A DNA stretch of 64,000 bases, taken from Piromyces finnis finn (lineage: Eukaryota; Fungi; Neocallimastigomycota). The stretch spans positions 61,837 through 125,836 of the forward strand of contig MCFH01000090.1 of NCBI GenBank assembly GCA_002104945.1, read 5' to 3'. The stretch's first letter is position 1. Each line of letters opens with the position of its first letter. Positions 53,422 through 64,000 of the stretch are shown piece by piece. The notes below the pieces were generated by a model, which worked only from the letters and a program-made list of their open reading frames with translations, had not been told where the DNA came from and did no database searches. Both the position numbers and the translations under genes were made by a program.

Positions 53422-56379
53422 ACTAAAAAAAAAATTCATTAAATTTTAAACATCCCTTCAATATCATAAATATATAATTTTACGCCACTATATTAAAATA
53501 ATACTACTATAGAATTAATGAATCAAAGGGAACTAAATAAACTAAATATAAACTAAATACATGCATATATATATATATATATTTAATATATCAAGAAAAA
53601 AGAAATTAAGATTTTTTTTTTTCTGAAAAGTATAATTTATCATGATAAAATATATATATATAAATCTTTAATTTATAGTTATTTATATTGATGATATAAC
53701 AACTCTATATTATTTACATACGCAACTTATCATTATAACTTATTATTGTATTATTACTTAATATCATTTTATTTATATATAAAAAAAAATATTTTTAAAT
53801 TTTTGAGATAAAAAAAAAAAAAAAGAAAAAAATAATAATAAATGATATTAAAAATATATTATATTTTAAACTAATACTATTTCTTTTTATTTTTTTTTTT
53901 TTTTTTTTGACAATTAATAAGCAACGAAATAAAATTAAAATGCATATATTTATATAATTTAATTTAATATTTTATACATATATAAAGTGTAATATTTTTA
54001 TTATCATTATTATTATAATATTTTATTTTATATCCAAGATTTTTTTTTTTTTTTTTTTATTTTGATGCAAAGAACTCAAAATTTTATTTAGTAAAAAATA
54101 GTAGTTCACATTAAACAAGTATAGATTATAAAAATTATTACAATATGTTCAAAATATATAACATAAATATAATAAAAATAAAATTTTTGAAATTCTTGAA
54201 TTCTTGTAATACAAATATAATCAAAATAATAAATAAATAATAAAATTGTTATTCCAATTCATCCCAAATAGGATTAAAATTATATACTTTTTTTTTTGAT
54301 TTTATAATATACATTATAATTTTTTCTATTTCATAAAAGGTATTATAAATTTAAAAAAAAAAAAAAAAACGCAATCCAAAATAATATCATCTTGTCTCCT
54401 AACCATTTTTTGAAATATTTTAGCAAGTTGAATTTTTCAAAAATACATTTACTAAATACATAAATTATATAATACATTTATAATACATTTATAATACATT
54501 ATGTAGATTTCAAAAAAAAAAAAAAGAATAATTATATATACATATAATAATATTAAAAAAAAATATTATTTATTAGTTACTGGTAAAAAGTTATAATTAT
54601 ATATTTTTACTATTCATTATTATGTGTTATTATCTATTTTATGCAGAAAAATGAATTATAAAATATAAATTTTATAGCATTTTTAGTGAAGGCCTACAAA
54701 AACTGTATAGATTCTAACCCTATATATTTATGATAAGGGTTAGAATACATTACAATAAAAAATATTTACTAAAACTTTTATTGTAAATTTTGATAATGCT
54801 ATTTTAATTATAATATTGCTAACTTAAAAAAGAATATGTCTTTTATATATTCTTTAAATATTATAAATAAAAAATTGAAAATGTTTTTAATTTATATATT
54901 TACAATTTAAATTTAATTAAGAGATTAAAAAATAGACATATACAAAGAAACTATAAACTAATCCAAAAATATAAACATTCATTTTAATAAAAAAAAAAAG
55001 TTTACAAATTTTACAAAAGCTATTAAATTTACATATCATATATTACATCATGAATTAAATTAGAAAGTTCATTAAACATCTTGTATAAAGATTAAAAATT
55101 TTATAATTTTTTTACTTTTTATAAATAAAAATAAAAATAATAGTAAAATTTATAGAAAATTGTTAGTAAATAAAAATCAATCAATCTTAATTATAAAGTA
55201 ATTTATGTAATGATTATTTCCTTGGAAGTTTTTATATTTTCATTTTATTTATATCATCAATTTATAATAAAAAGGTTAGTTTCAAAGTATATTTCATACT
55301 ATAAAGTAATGAAACTATTTTATAACAATTATTTTTTTTTATTTTCCCTTTTAATAATATAGTAATATTATATGTAAAATAAAACTATATGTAAGTTTCT
55401 ATTGTATTTTTCTTCTATACAACTAGTTATCTTTGGTAATACAATTTTTTAGTTTTGGATGACATCAAACTAAGATATTGGAGACAAAATTTTATTATCA
55501 CCCCTTTATTAATTATATACAGAAAATTTATATTCTTGAAAAATATATAAATTTTAAATTTTCTTATAAATTTAAATACGAAACACACTTTAAAAAGAAA
55601 TAATAAAAGAATTTATTGCTATAAACTATTATTATTTCAATGAATTTAAAAGAGATTTTTTTTTCTTCTCTATATTATGAAAATAAGACACTATTAGAAA
55701 AAAAAAAAAGTCTATCATTTTAATTTTGATTCAGGTAATATTTCACGTAATAAGAAATTTTCAAATTAAAAAAGTTTAATGAATTAAAAAATATATATAT
55801 ACACACACATATAAAGCATAGCTATATATTTTAAAATACTTATACAGTTTCTTAATTCAAAATGTGTCATTATTTTATTTTATTTTATTTACAAGATGAA
55901 TGATCATTTTTTAAACCTTTGAAAATACCGTTTTATAATCTTTGTTTATTCAAAAATTTAAACGTAGTCTTTTTAGGTTAAGAAAAAAATAGAAAAGTCA
56001 CCTTTTTTTTTTTTTGTTTTATAAATTTAATTGGGTTAAGATTGATGTTTAATAACTAATCAATTATACAATACAATACAATATATATAAAAGGTAGAAA
56101 TGTATATTTATTATTAAAAATATAATAAGTTATTATAGAATGAAAAAATAGATAATAATATATAATTAGGGAATTGATTAAATCTTTCAATTTAAAATAT
56201 TTTTTTTTTCCACATTTTCTTTATTTCTAATTTAAAGCTGACACACACACACCACCATCAAATAAAAATGTTAATTGTGTAAAAAATATTTTTTAATTTT
56301 TTTTTTTGTATTACCTTTAACAATAGCAAAAAAAAATAAATTAAATGTTAATTTTTCCATAAAATTTGATTGCTTGATC

Positions 56380-56410
<31 letters not shown>

Positions 56411-57710
56411 CAGTTGGGCTTTTTTTTTTTAATGAATCAATCAATAATTAAAATAAAAAAAAATTAAAGTTATACTCTAGAGGAAATTGAAAAGCAAACC
56501 ATAATCATTGAATTAAAAATCGTATAATAAAATGTTTATATTAGCCATTTTAACCATTTTAAAAAATAGAGTCTATTTTATTTATAGTCTATTATTTGAT
56601 ATTCTCGTGTATGTATATCGCATAAAGATATTCCAGTTTAAATGTAACGTTTTCAACTTGAACCTTTCTTAAAAGTCCATTCTATTAAAAGATTTTTTTC
56701 AGTCACTACTCAATAATTAAAAAAAAGCTTATTTTATTTGTAACAATGATCCCTATTATAATTAATTCTTAACAATATATTAAATTAAATCGTAATATAT
56801 ATTATTAGTATATTTCATTTAAATTAATATTATTAAATAGACTAATTTTTTTTTTCAATAAAACTTTATTATATTAAAATTTAATAATTATTTTGCTGCT
56901 GAAGAACTTACCCACAATTTATTTTTTTTCATTAAAAAAATAAAAAATCAAGTAAAATAATTATAAAAATGTGTATAATTTTATTTTTTAGCTTTTCCAT
57001 TATAAATTATGTCATTGATGTTTTTTTGCTGATAATTATTTTATATGAAAAAAATAGTTTATTTTTTTATTTTTTTTTTACCTAAGGAAGTGCTGTTTAG
57101 TTTTTTTCCTTTGTGTAGAAATTACATAAACGCTATAGAATCTTAATCATTTTAATACATTTATTAAAGCCATTCATCTTTATTACAATTACAATAGAAA
57201 AAATAATCATATCCGTTTTTTATGTATGGAGATATTATGTAACAATAGTAATAAAAAAAGGAAATATAAACAATTTTTTTTGATATATAATTTAACTAGA
57301 TATAATTGCTATTGAAATAATATATGAATTCATATATTTTTAGTTATTTGGTATATAGTCTTTTTAAATATTTGATTAATTTGATATATAAAATGTCATG
57401 TCATTTATAAAATAAAATAATATATTAATTAATAGATCAATATTACTGCGATATATTGTATCAATATAAAAAATTCATTTTATTATTCAAAACGATTGGC
57501 CAAAGTTTTTTTTTTTTGAATAAATTTATATTAAAAATTTAAAATTTATAGAAATATTAAATTCAATAGAGTTTAATATATGGATGTGTATACTACATTT
57601 TAATAGATACTTAAATTAAAAATTTTAATCCAATAATAAAATAAAAAAATTTTTGTTTAAAAAATTACATATCCAATCATTGATTTTTTAATCAAAGCCA
57701 TTATTTTTCT

Positions 57711-58056
57711 TATATAAATATCGGTTTAATCTCGAAATTTTTTTCATCATCACAAATTTTTAATTACATTTTATTATTAAAAATATAATCAAGGTAAGTT
57801 TCTAGAAAAGGAAACATAATTAACATTTTGTAATTTAAATAAATTAGTTTAGAAATAGAGTATAGTAATTTATGTATTTAGTAAAAGATTTAAAAAAAGT
57901 TAATTAGATTAATTAGAAGATTAAATATCTAAATATAAAATTAGATTTAGAAAGTATTTTTAACAAAATTGAATTAAAAATATATTATGTTAAAATGAAT
58001 GTATTATTTAAAATGTAAAAAATGATTATTAATTATTATTTTTTATAAATTTATAG
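57711..58056 (+). promoter_or_regulatory. TEF1 promoter TATA box (57711-57720) and 5'UTR intron (57794-58056)
   Basis: TATATAAATA lies about 70 nt before the strong donor AAG|GTAAGT at 57794. The acceptor TTATAG ends at 58056, one base before the ATG. Confidence 0.7.
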
Positions 58057-58057
58057 A

Positions 58058-59413
58058 ATGGGTAAGGAAAAGACTCACGTTAACGTTGTCGTCATTGGTC
58101 ACGTCGATTCTGGTAAGTCCACCACTACCGGTCACTTAATTTACAAGTGCGGTGGTATCGACAAGCGTACCATTGAAAAGTTCGAAAAGGAATCTGCTGA
58201 TCTTGGTAAGGGTTCCTTCAAGTACGCCTGGGTTCTCGATAAACTTAAGGCTGAACGTGAAAGAGGTATTACCATCGATATTGCCCTCTGGAAGTTCGAA
58301 ACTCCAAAGTACTACGTTACCGTTATTGATGCCCCAGGTCACCGTGACTTCATCAAGAACATGATTACTGGTACTTCTCAAGCCGATTGTGCTATCCTTA
58401 TTATTGCTGCCGGTACTGGTGAATTCGAAGCTGGTATCTCCAAGGATGGTCAAACTCGTGAACACGCTCTTCTTGCCTACACTCTTGGTGTCCGTCAAAT
58501 CATTGTTGCTGTTAACAAGATGGATACTGCCAAGTGGTCCGAATCTCGTTTCAAGGAAATCGTTAAGGAAGTTTCCTCCTTCCTTAAGAAGACTGGTTAC
58601 AACCCAAAGACTGTTCCATTCGTTCCAATTTCCGGATGGCACGGTGATAACATGATTGAAGCCACTACCAACATGCCATGGTACAAGGGATGGAACAAGG
58701 AAACTAAGGCCGGTTCCTTCACTGGTAAGACTTTATTAGAAGCTATTGACTCCGTCGAACCACCAGCTCGTCCAGTCGATAAGCCACTCCGTCTTCCACT
58801 CCAAGATGTCTACAAGATCGGTGGTATTGGTACTGTCCCAGTCGGTCGTGTTGAAACTGGTGTCATCAAGCCAGGTATGGTTGTTACTTTCGCTCCAACT
58901 GGTGTCACCACTGAAGTTAAGTCTGTTGAAATGCACCACGAATCCCTTGCTGAAGGTGTTCCAGGTGATAACGTCGGTTTCAACGTTAAGAACGTTTCCG
59001 TTAAGGAAATTCGTCGTGGTAACGTCTGCTCTGACTCCAAGAGAGACCCAGCCAAGGAAGCCGCTTCCTTCACTGCTCAAGTTATTGTCATTAACCACCC
59101 AGGTCAAATCGCCAACGGTTACTCTCCAGTTCTCGATTGTCACACTGCTCACATTGCTTGCAGATTCGCTGAAATCCAACAAAAGATGGACCGTCGTTCC
59201 GGTAAGGTTCTTGAAGAAAACCCAAAGTTCATCAAGTCTGGTGATGCTGCTATGGTTAAGTTAATTCCATCCAAGCCACTCTGTGTCGAAACCTTCGTTG
59301 AATACCCACCACTCGGTCGTTTCGCTGTCCGTGATATGAGACAAACCGTCGCTGTCGGTGTCATCAAGGCCGTCGAAAAGGTTGACAAGTCTGCCGCTGG
59401 TAAGAAGAAGTAA
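58058..59413 (+). CDS. TEF1: Translation elongation factor 1-alpha (canonical eEF1A), 451 aa
   Basis: [63 protein letters not shown]. Strong C-ending codon bias typical of a highly expressed gene. Confidence 0.99.
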   Translation: MGKEKTHVNVVVIGHVDSGKSTTTGHLIYKCGGIDKRTIEKFEKESADLGKGSFKYAWVLDKLKAERERGITIDIALWKFETPKYYVTVIDAPGHRDFIKNMITGTSQADCAILIIAAGTGEFEAGISKDGQTREHALLAYTLGVRQIIVAVNKMDTAKWSESRFKEIVKEVSSFLKKTGYNPKTVPFVPISGWHGDNMIEATTNMPWYKGWNKETKAGSFTGKTLLEAIDSVEPPARPVDKPLRLPLQDVYKIGGIGTVPVGRVETGVIKPGMVVTFAPTGVTTEVKSVEMHHESLAEGVPGDNVGFNVKNVSVKEIRRGNVCSDSKRDPAKEAASFTAQVIVINHPGQIANGYSPVLDCHTAHIACRFAEIQQKMDRRSGKVLEENPKFIKSGDAAMVKLIPSKPLCVETFVEYPPLGRFAVRDMRQTVAVGVIKAVEKVDKSAAGKKK

Positions 59414-59843
59414 ATTGCTTAAACAATTATTTAGCGAATAAATGAGCGTAGAACACATTTTTTAAATATTTATTCAAACAATTTCAAATAATTGATCCAT
59501 TTGAATTTATGTTTTTAATTTATGCACATAAAAATATAATGAAATTTTCATATAATTTTAAAAATGTAATTAGAATTGCTATTAAATATAAAATTAAGAA
59601 AAAATAATGGAAAATGAAATGTAAAAAATAAATAAAAAATAATTAAAAATTAAAAAATAAAAGTTTTTAATAATTGATGTGTAATATTTTTAAATTAATA
59701 TAATAATTACAATTATAAATAGTATTTTTCTTTGTGAAAATGGTTATTAAGTTTAAATTTTATGAAACAATTTTAGAATGAAGTCATTAAATTAGATAGA
59801 ACAAATTTTTTTCATTTGATTTATTTCTATATTTGAAAGAATT

Positions 59844-59915
59844 GCCTGTTTGGCTTAGTGGTAGAGCGTCGCTCTTGTAAAGCGAAGGTCGGTGGTTCAA
59901 TTCCGTCAATAGGCA
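59844..59915 (+). tRNA. tRNA-Thr (anticodon TGT), intronless
   Basis: Cloverleaf: acceptor GCCTGTT/AATAGGC, D arm GCTT-AGTGGTA-GAGC, anticodon arm TCGCT-CTTGTAA-AGCGA, variable AGGTC, T arm GGTGG-TTCAATT-CCGTC, discriminator A. A T-run terminator follows. Confidence 0.93.
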
Positions 59916-59951
59916 AATTTTTATTTTTTTATTTTTATTAAAAAAGCATTT

Positions 59952-60128
59952 CCCTCTTGGGAACGTGCCTTCATTTATTTAATCTCTCTTGGGAACGTAC
60001 CTTCATTTATTTAATGTCCCTCTTGGGAACGTGCCTTCATTTATTTAATTTTTATTTATTTTTAATTTTTTATTACATGTATTATAATTTTAATTAAATT
60101 AATAATAAAGTTTAAAATATTTGATGCC

Positions 60129-60167
<39 letters not shown>

Positions 60168-60461
60168 TTATTTAATAAATGTAGTTTCTCAAGGGGGTCT
60201 ACTCATGCTCATAAACCCTCTTGGGAACGTGCCTTCATTTATTTAATAAATGTAGTTTCTCAAGGGGGTCTACTCATGCTCATGGTACTGAGAGAGTAGA
60301 AAGAATTAAATCCAAGTATTGCGCAATGGATGCTTGGTGCCCTCTTAGGAATGTGCCTTCATTTATTTAATAAATGTAATTTCTCAAGGGGGTCTACTCA
60401 TGCTCATGGTACTGAGAGAGTAGAAAGAATTAAATCCAAGCATTGCGCAATGGATGCTTGG
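59952..60461 (+). repeat. Nested repeat ladder sharing a common left end (ccctcttgggaacgtgccttcatttatttaat...)
   Basis: 32-nt units at 59952, 59984 and 60018. A 49-nt internal unit at 60164-60212 follows an A32 run. 122-nt units at 60216-60337 and 60340-60461 differ at 4 positions. Confidence 0.95.
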
Positions 60462-61105
60462 TTAGTCTTCAAGGGAAAATTATTAGGACTAAGCTCATGG
60501 TACTGAGCGATTAAAAAACATTTTATTCATCAAATTTAAGTATTTGATGAATAAGTGAATGTTTGATTTTTCAGGTAAGTTTGTATAGTATTTAATTAGA
60601 AGAGTAATACATTTTGTTGCTGTATTTTTTCTTTTATTCATGTATTCATGTAGTACTACTCTTCTCTTGTAAGAATCCAATGTAGTCAACTTTAGCATTT
60701 GCATTGTACTTTTATATTCATGTAGCTATTGTTGTATTGTTTCTTGTAAGAGACTGATTCACTCTACATCATGTAAAAATACTATTCACAAGCTTTCTGG
60801 TGTCGACATTCTTGATTCAAATTTTTTACCAATTTAAATATTTAATGAAAAATAAAGTCAAACAAGTTTAGTGTCAAAAAGCGAATCGAATTTACTAACA
60901 ACAAACCAAAACTAGAATTTTTAAAGAAAATTTACAACTAGAATTCAAAAAAAGAAACTTTAAACAAAGCATCGTAACAATTTTTGTACTATCCAGTACT
61001 TTTAAGAAGAGAGAGAGAGACAGATTTTTTTCCATATACGTTATATTTGTAATTTTTATTAGTATTTATTTTATATTCAATATTTTTTAATTAGAATTTA
61101 TTATC

Positions 61106-64000
61106 ATGTCAGTCCTTTATATTAAAGATAAGAATTATATCAGACGTGGTACCCGGTCTTATGGTATCCCCTTAGATGATATTCGCTCCTTCTTTATCCG
61201 TGGTATTCGATCATGGTCAGTAAATATGCTATGGGAAAAACTCGAGGTTATTCTAGAAGATAAATTTAATTCAGTTATTAGTGTTAAATATTTTCAGACT
61301 TTCAATGATCACTTTTTCTTAGTCAAGGTTCATGGTTCATCAAAAGATTGTATTAAAATCTTACACATGTTAAAGAAGAAACTTTCAGTTACCTCAATTT
61401 CCTTTTCAGCTCGTAGTAGAAGGAATCACAAATACACTTTTTCCACTCTCAAACGTAAAATTTTAGTTTCTAATAAACATCAACAATCATTTCAACAATC
61501 ATTTCAACAATCAGTTCAACAATCAGTTCAACAATCTCATCAACAATCCGATCTTCAACAAGATCTTCAACAGGATCTTCAACAAGTTTCCCATCATGAA
61601 AATATTCCAGATCTACAGCAAACACAATTTCAATCTCAACATTCAACAATTAATTCTAATAGTTCTATCAACTCTGATAACAGTTCAATAGTTGATAGTT
61701 CTTCAGTTTCACAGCCATCTAGTAATAGTTCTACTTATTCCTCTGATGCATCATCCATTAATAACGATGACTTTAATAATAATAATAATAGCAACGATTC
61801 TTCCTCATCCAACAAGCCTGATAACTTTTCTTTTTGTCTTAGTTGGAACACCAATGGGTGGAATCATGAAAAGAGAGATAGTATTAGCTATTTCACAGCT
61901 ATTTTCAAACCATTATTCTTATGTTTCCAAGAAACTGGTAATGGTTCTGGATCGAATACAGATTATCCTTGTCGTGTTACTTTGCGAAACTATAGACACT
62001 TTTTCAAGAAAGCTGACGAATCAGTTCCGGGAATGAGAGGTTTATATTTAGGTTTTCACAATTCGTGTCAAGCCTCACTTGAAAACTTCTCTGGAAAGTA
62101 TATTATTTCTATTTATACTTTTAGTCTCTGGAATAGATTCAAATGCTCGATTGGAAATGTTTATATGCCTCATAGTCATCACAACATCTATGTTGATCAT
62201 GCAAAGTTAGAAGTTCGCTTGTGGTTACAAACTCATTCATCCCATCCATCGATTCTTGTTGGTGATTTTAATATGTCTAAAGTAAAATTATCCAACTGGT
62301 TATCAACTAATGGATTAGGAGATTGGGAAATTCTTCCGCTTAGAGGGTCTACTATCTCTTGGACTCGAGGTGATCAATCTTCCGACATTGACCATGCTCT
62401 TATCAATTCGAAGATGAAAGATCTTATTCACTCAGGATCATTTATAAATAATTTTTATCCTGTATCAGACCATAAGCCACTTCTTATTAATGGTAAAATT
62501 ATTCCTATGGAAGATTTTTCTAATGACTTTAATGTTCCTAAGAAAATTCTGAAATGGAATAGATTAAAATGTATTGAGGAAAAGGAATCTATTCTCAGTC
62601 ATAATAAATTCCAAATACTTTCAGCAAAATTCAACGATCCTAATGTTTCTACAGATGAACTTTCCAAAGAGTTTACTTCAACTGCTTTTTCAATTGCAGA
62701 CGAGCTCAGTATTACCTCAGCAAATAATGTTATAAAGTCTTCATTTCATATTTCACAACAAATTTTTAATCTCCAAAAAATCAAAATGAAGTTGTATAAG
62801 AGATTTAAAAAAGAAAGAATTTATGATATAGATGAATTTATTAAAAGAATTAAAATCTACCGTAAGCTCATTGATTACATCCACAAAAGATGTAATGAAT
62901 TTAGGAAGCAAGAATATCTTCATTGGATTAAAACAGGATGTGAGTATATGAAGAGTCATAATCCTAAGAAGGCCTGGAAATGGATCAAGAAAACTGCAAA
63001 AATTGGAAAAGATTCTTTCTTTATTGCTCAACCAATTAAAAACAAAAATGGAGAATTAGTTGTTGCTACGGAAGAACAACTAGATGTGTGGCATGATCAT
63101 TTCGAAAAGCTTGCATCAGATCCAAGTGGTGTAAGTCTTGATTTGGAGCATTGGTATGAAGAACCAACGAATAAACGTTTTTCACTCCCTATGCTTGATG
63201 AATGGGATATCAACCAAGATATTAGTATTGATGAAGTCAAGTCAGCTATCCTCTCTACTCCGAATTATAAAGCATCAGGTCCGGATGGTATTCCAATTGA
63301 ATTTTACAAAGCATTAATTCCATCAAGTAATGATTCTAATAATGCTACAGATAATAATTCTTCCGGTAATACCACTTCAGATAATGATGCTTATGGTTTA
63401 AATTTTATTCTTAAATTATTCAACCGTATTTGGGATGGAGACTTCCCCAACTCATGGAATGAATCCAGTATTGTTTCTATTCCTAAGAAGGGAGATTTGA
63501 CAGATTGTGATAACTATCGAGGTATATCACTTATCAATAATGGTATTAAGTTGATTTCCAAAATTGTCACCACTAGAATCTCAGAATATGGTCTAAAGAA
63601 TAATTTCATTAGACCTGAACAATTTGGTTTTCGAAAAAAGGAAGAAAGTATCAGTCTTTTCATTTCAATCCAAGAAATATGCCGTAGACGTCAATTAGAT
63701 AATAATGAGACATATTTGGCCTTTTTAGATCTCAGGAAAGCATACGATTCAGTCCCAATCGGTAATATTCTCCATAAATTAGATTGTTTAGGAATCCGAG
63801 GTAAGAGTTTACAATTCATCAAAAATTTATATTTAACATCTAAGGCTAATGTCAAATTAGATGGACAATTCTCGAAATCTTTTGATGTGAAGAAAGGAGT
63901 CCGTCAAGGATGCCCTCTTTCTCCTATTCTCTTTAATCTCTTTATTAATGATATATTTAAAGAGTGTGAAGATCTCGGAGTCAGTTTAGGTGACACTCGA
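61106..64000 (+). mobile_element. Non-LTR retrotransposon (LINE-like) single ORF: N-terminal domain + AP endonuclease + reverse transcriptase; truncated by window end
   Basis: Frame open from the ATG at 61106 to the window end (>=965 codons). It is missing from the ORF track, presumably because no stop is reached. APE motifs SWNTNG (61841), CFQET, ILVGDFN, DIDHALI, SDH (62465). RT motifs KASGPDGIP, WNESSIVSIPKKGD, NYRGISL, EQFGFR, FLDLRKAYDSV, GVRQGCPLSPILFNLFINDI. Clade (RTE-like vs L1/L2-like) not resolved by eye. Confidence 0.95.
61481..61588 (+). repeat. Coding 12-bp tandem repeat x9 (QQSF/QQSV/QQSH/QQSD/LQQD...)
   Basis: Nine 12-nt units built on caacaa inside the retroelement ORF. Confidence 0.9.

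Noticed and set aside
56585-56935. Possible tiny two-exon minus-strand gene (MKKNKLW|NGLLRKVQVENVTFKLEYLYAIYIHENIK)
   Set aside because: It has a good donor and acceptor but is only ~36 aa with no homology signal. It cannot be supported without RNA data.
58136-59458. Several 65-172 aa alternative-frame and antisense ORFs over TEF1
   Set aside because: Shadow ORFs produced by the strong codon bias of EF-1alpha.
59952-60049. Three 32-nt direct repeats as a CRISPR array
   Set aside because: The spacers are 0 and 2 nt, the repeats are prefixes of a longer unit, there are no cas genes, and the context is eukaryotic.
60132-60163. A32 run as proof of a retro-insertion 3' end
   Set aside because: Runs of similar length are common throughout this window, so it is kept only as a testable sub-hypothesis.
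60285-60305. ctgagagagtagaaa as a hammerhead core
   Set aside because: It does not match CUGANGA, there is no stem II between it and GAAA, and there is no properly placed UH cleavage site. HDV and pistol topologies also failed by eye.
60495-60704. 69-aa minus-strand ORF in the retroelement leader
   Set aside because: No recognisable motif, an in-frame stop shortly upstream, and it overlaps the hairpin chain.

Overview
Extremely AT-rich, intron-containing eukaryotic DNA. The long poly(A)/poly(T) tracts, short GT-AG introns and gene content point to an anaerobic gut fungus (Neocallimastigomycota); this is inferred from composition and style, not from a database match. I can support 11 protein-coding genes: a Crz1-like C2H2 transcription factor, NEDD1, an intronless bacterial-like Na+/solute symporter, a Cdc25-type SH3-WW-RasGEF, a 1648-aa PH-domain protein, PEX13, SDS22, a dephospho-CoA kinase, RRN7/TAF1B, a YhgE/Pip(DUF3533)-like membrane protein and EF-1alpha. 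There is also a tRNA-Thr(TGT) and the 5' part of a single-ORF APE-RT non-LTR retrotransposon that runs off the right edge. The eight spliced models I built by hand all close in frame. Two observations stand out. (1) The probably horizontally acquired symporter ends in an in-frame inverted copy of the last ~20 codons, stop codon and proximal 3'UTR of the convergent RasGEF next to it, so it looks like a foreign gene fitted with a host 3' end. (2) A ladder of nested repeats with a shared left end starts 36 nt after the tRNA. It is built from a chain of RNA-like hairpins and leads into the retrotransposon, suggesting tRNA-3' targeting, RT template jumping and a structured (possibly catalytic) leader RNA.
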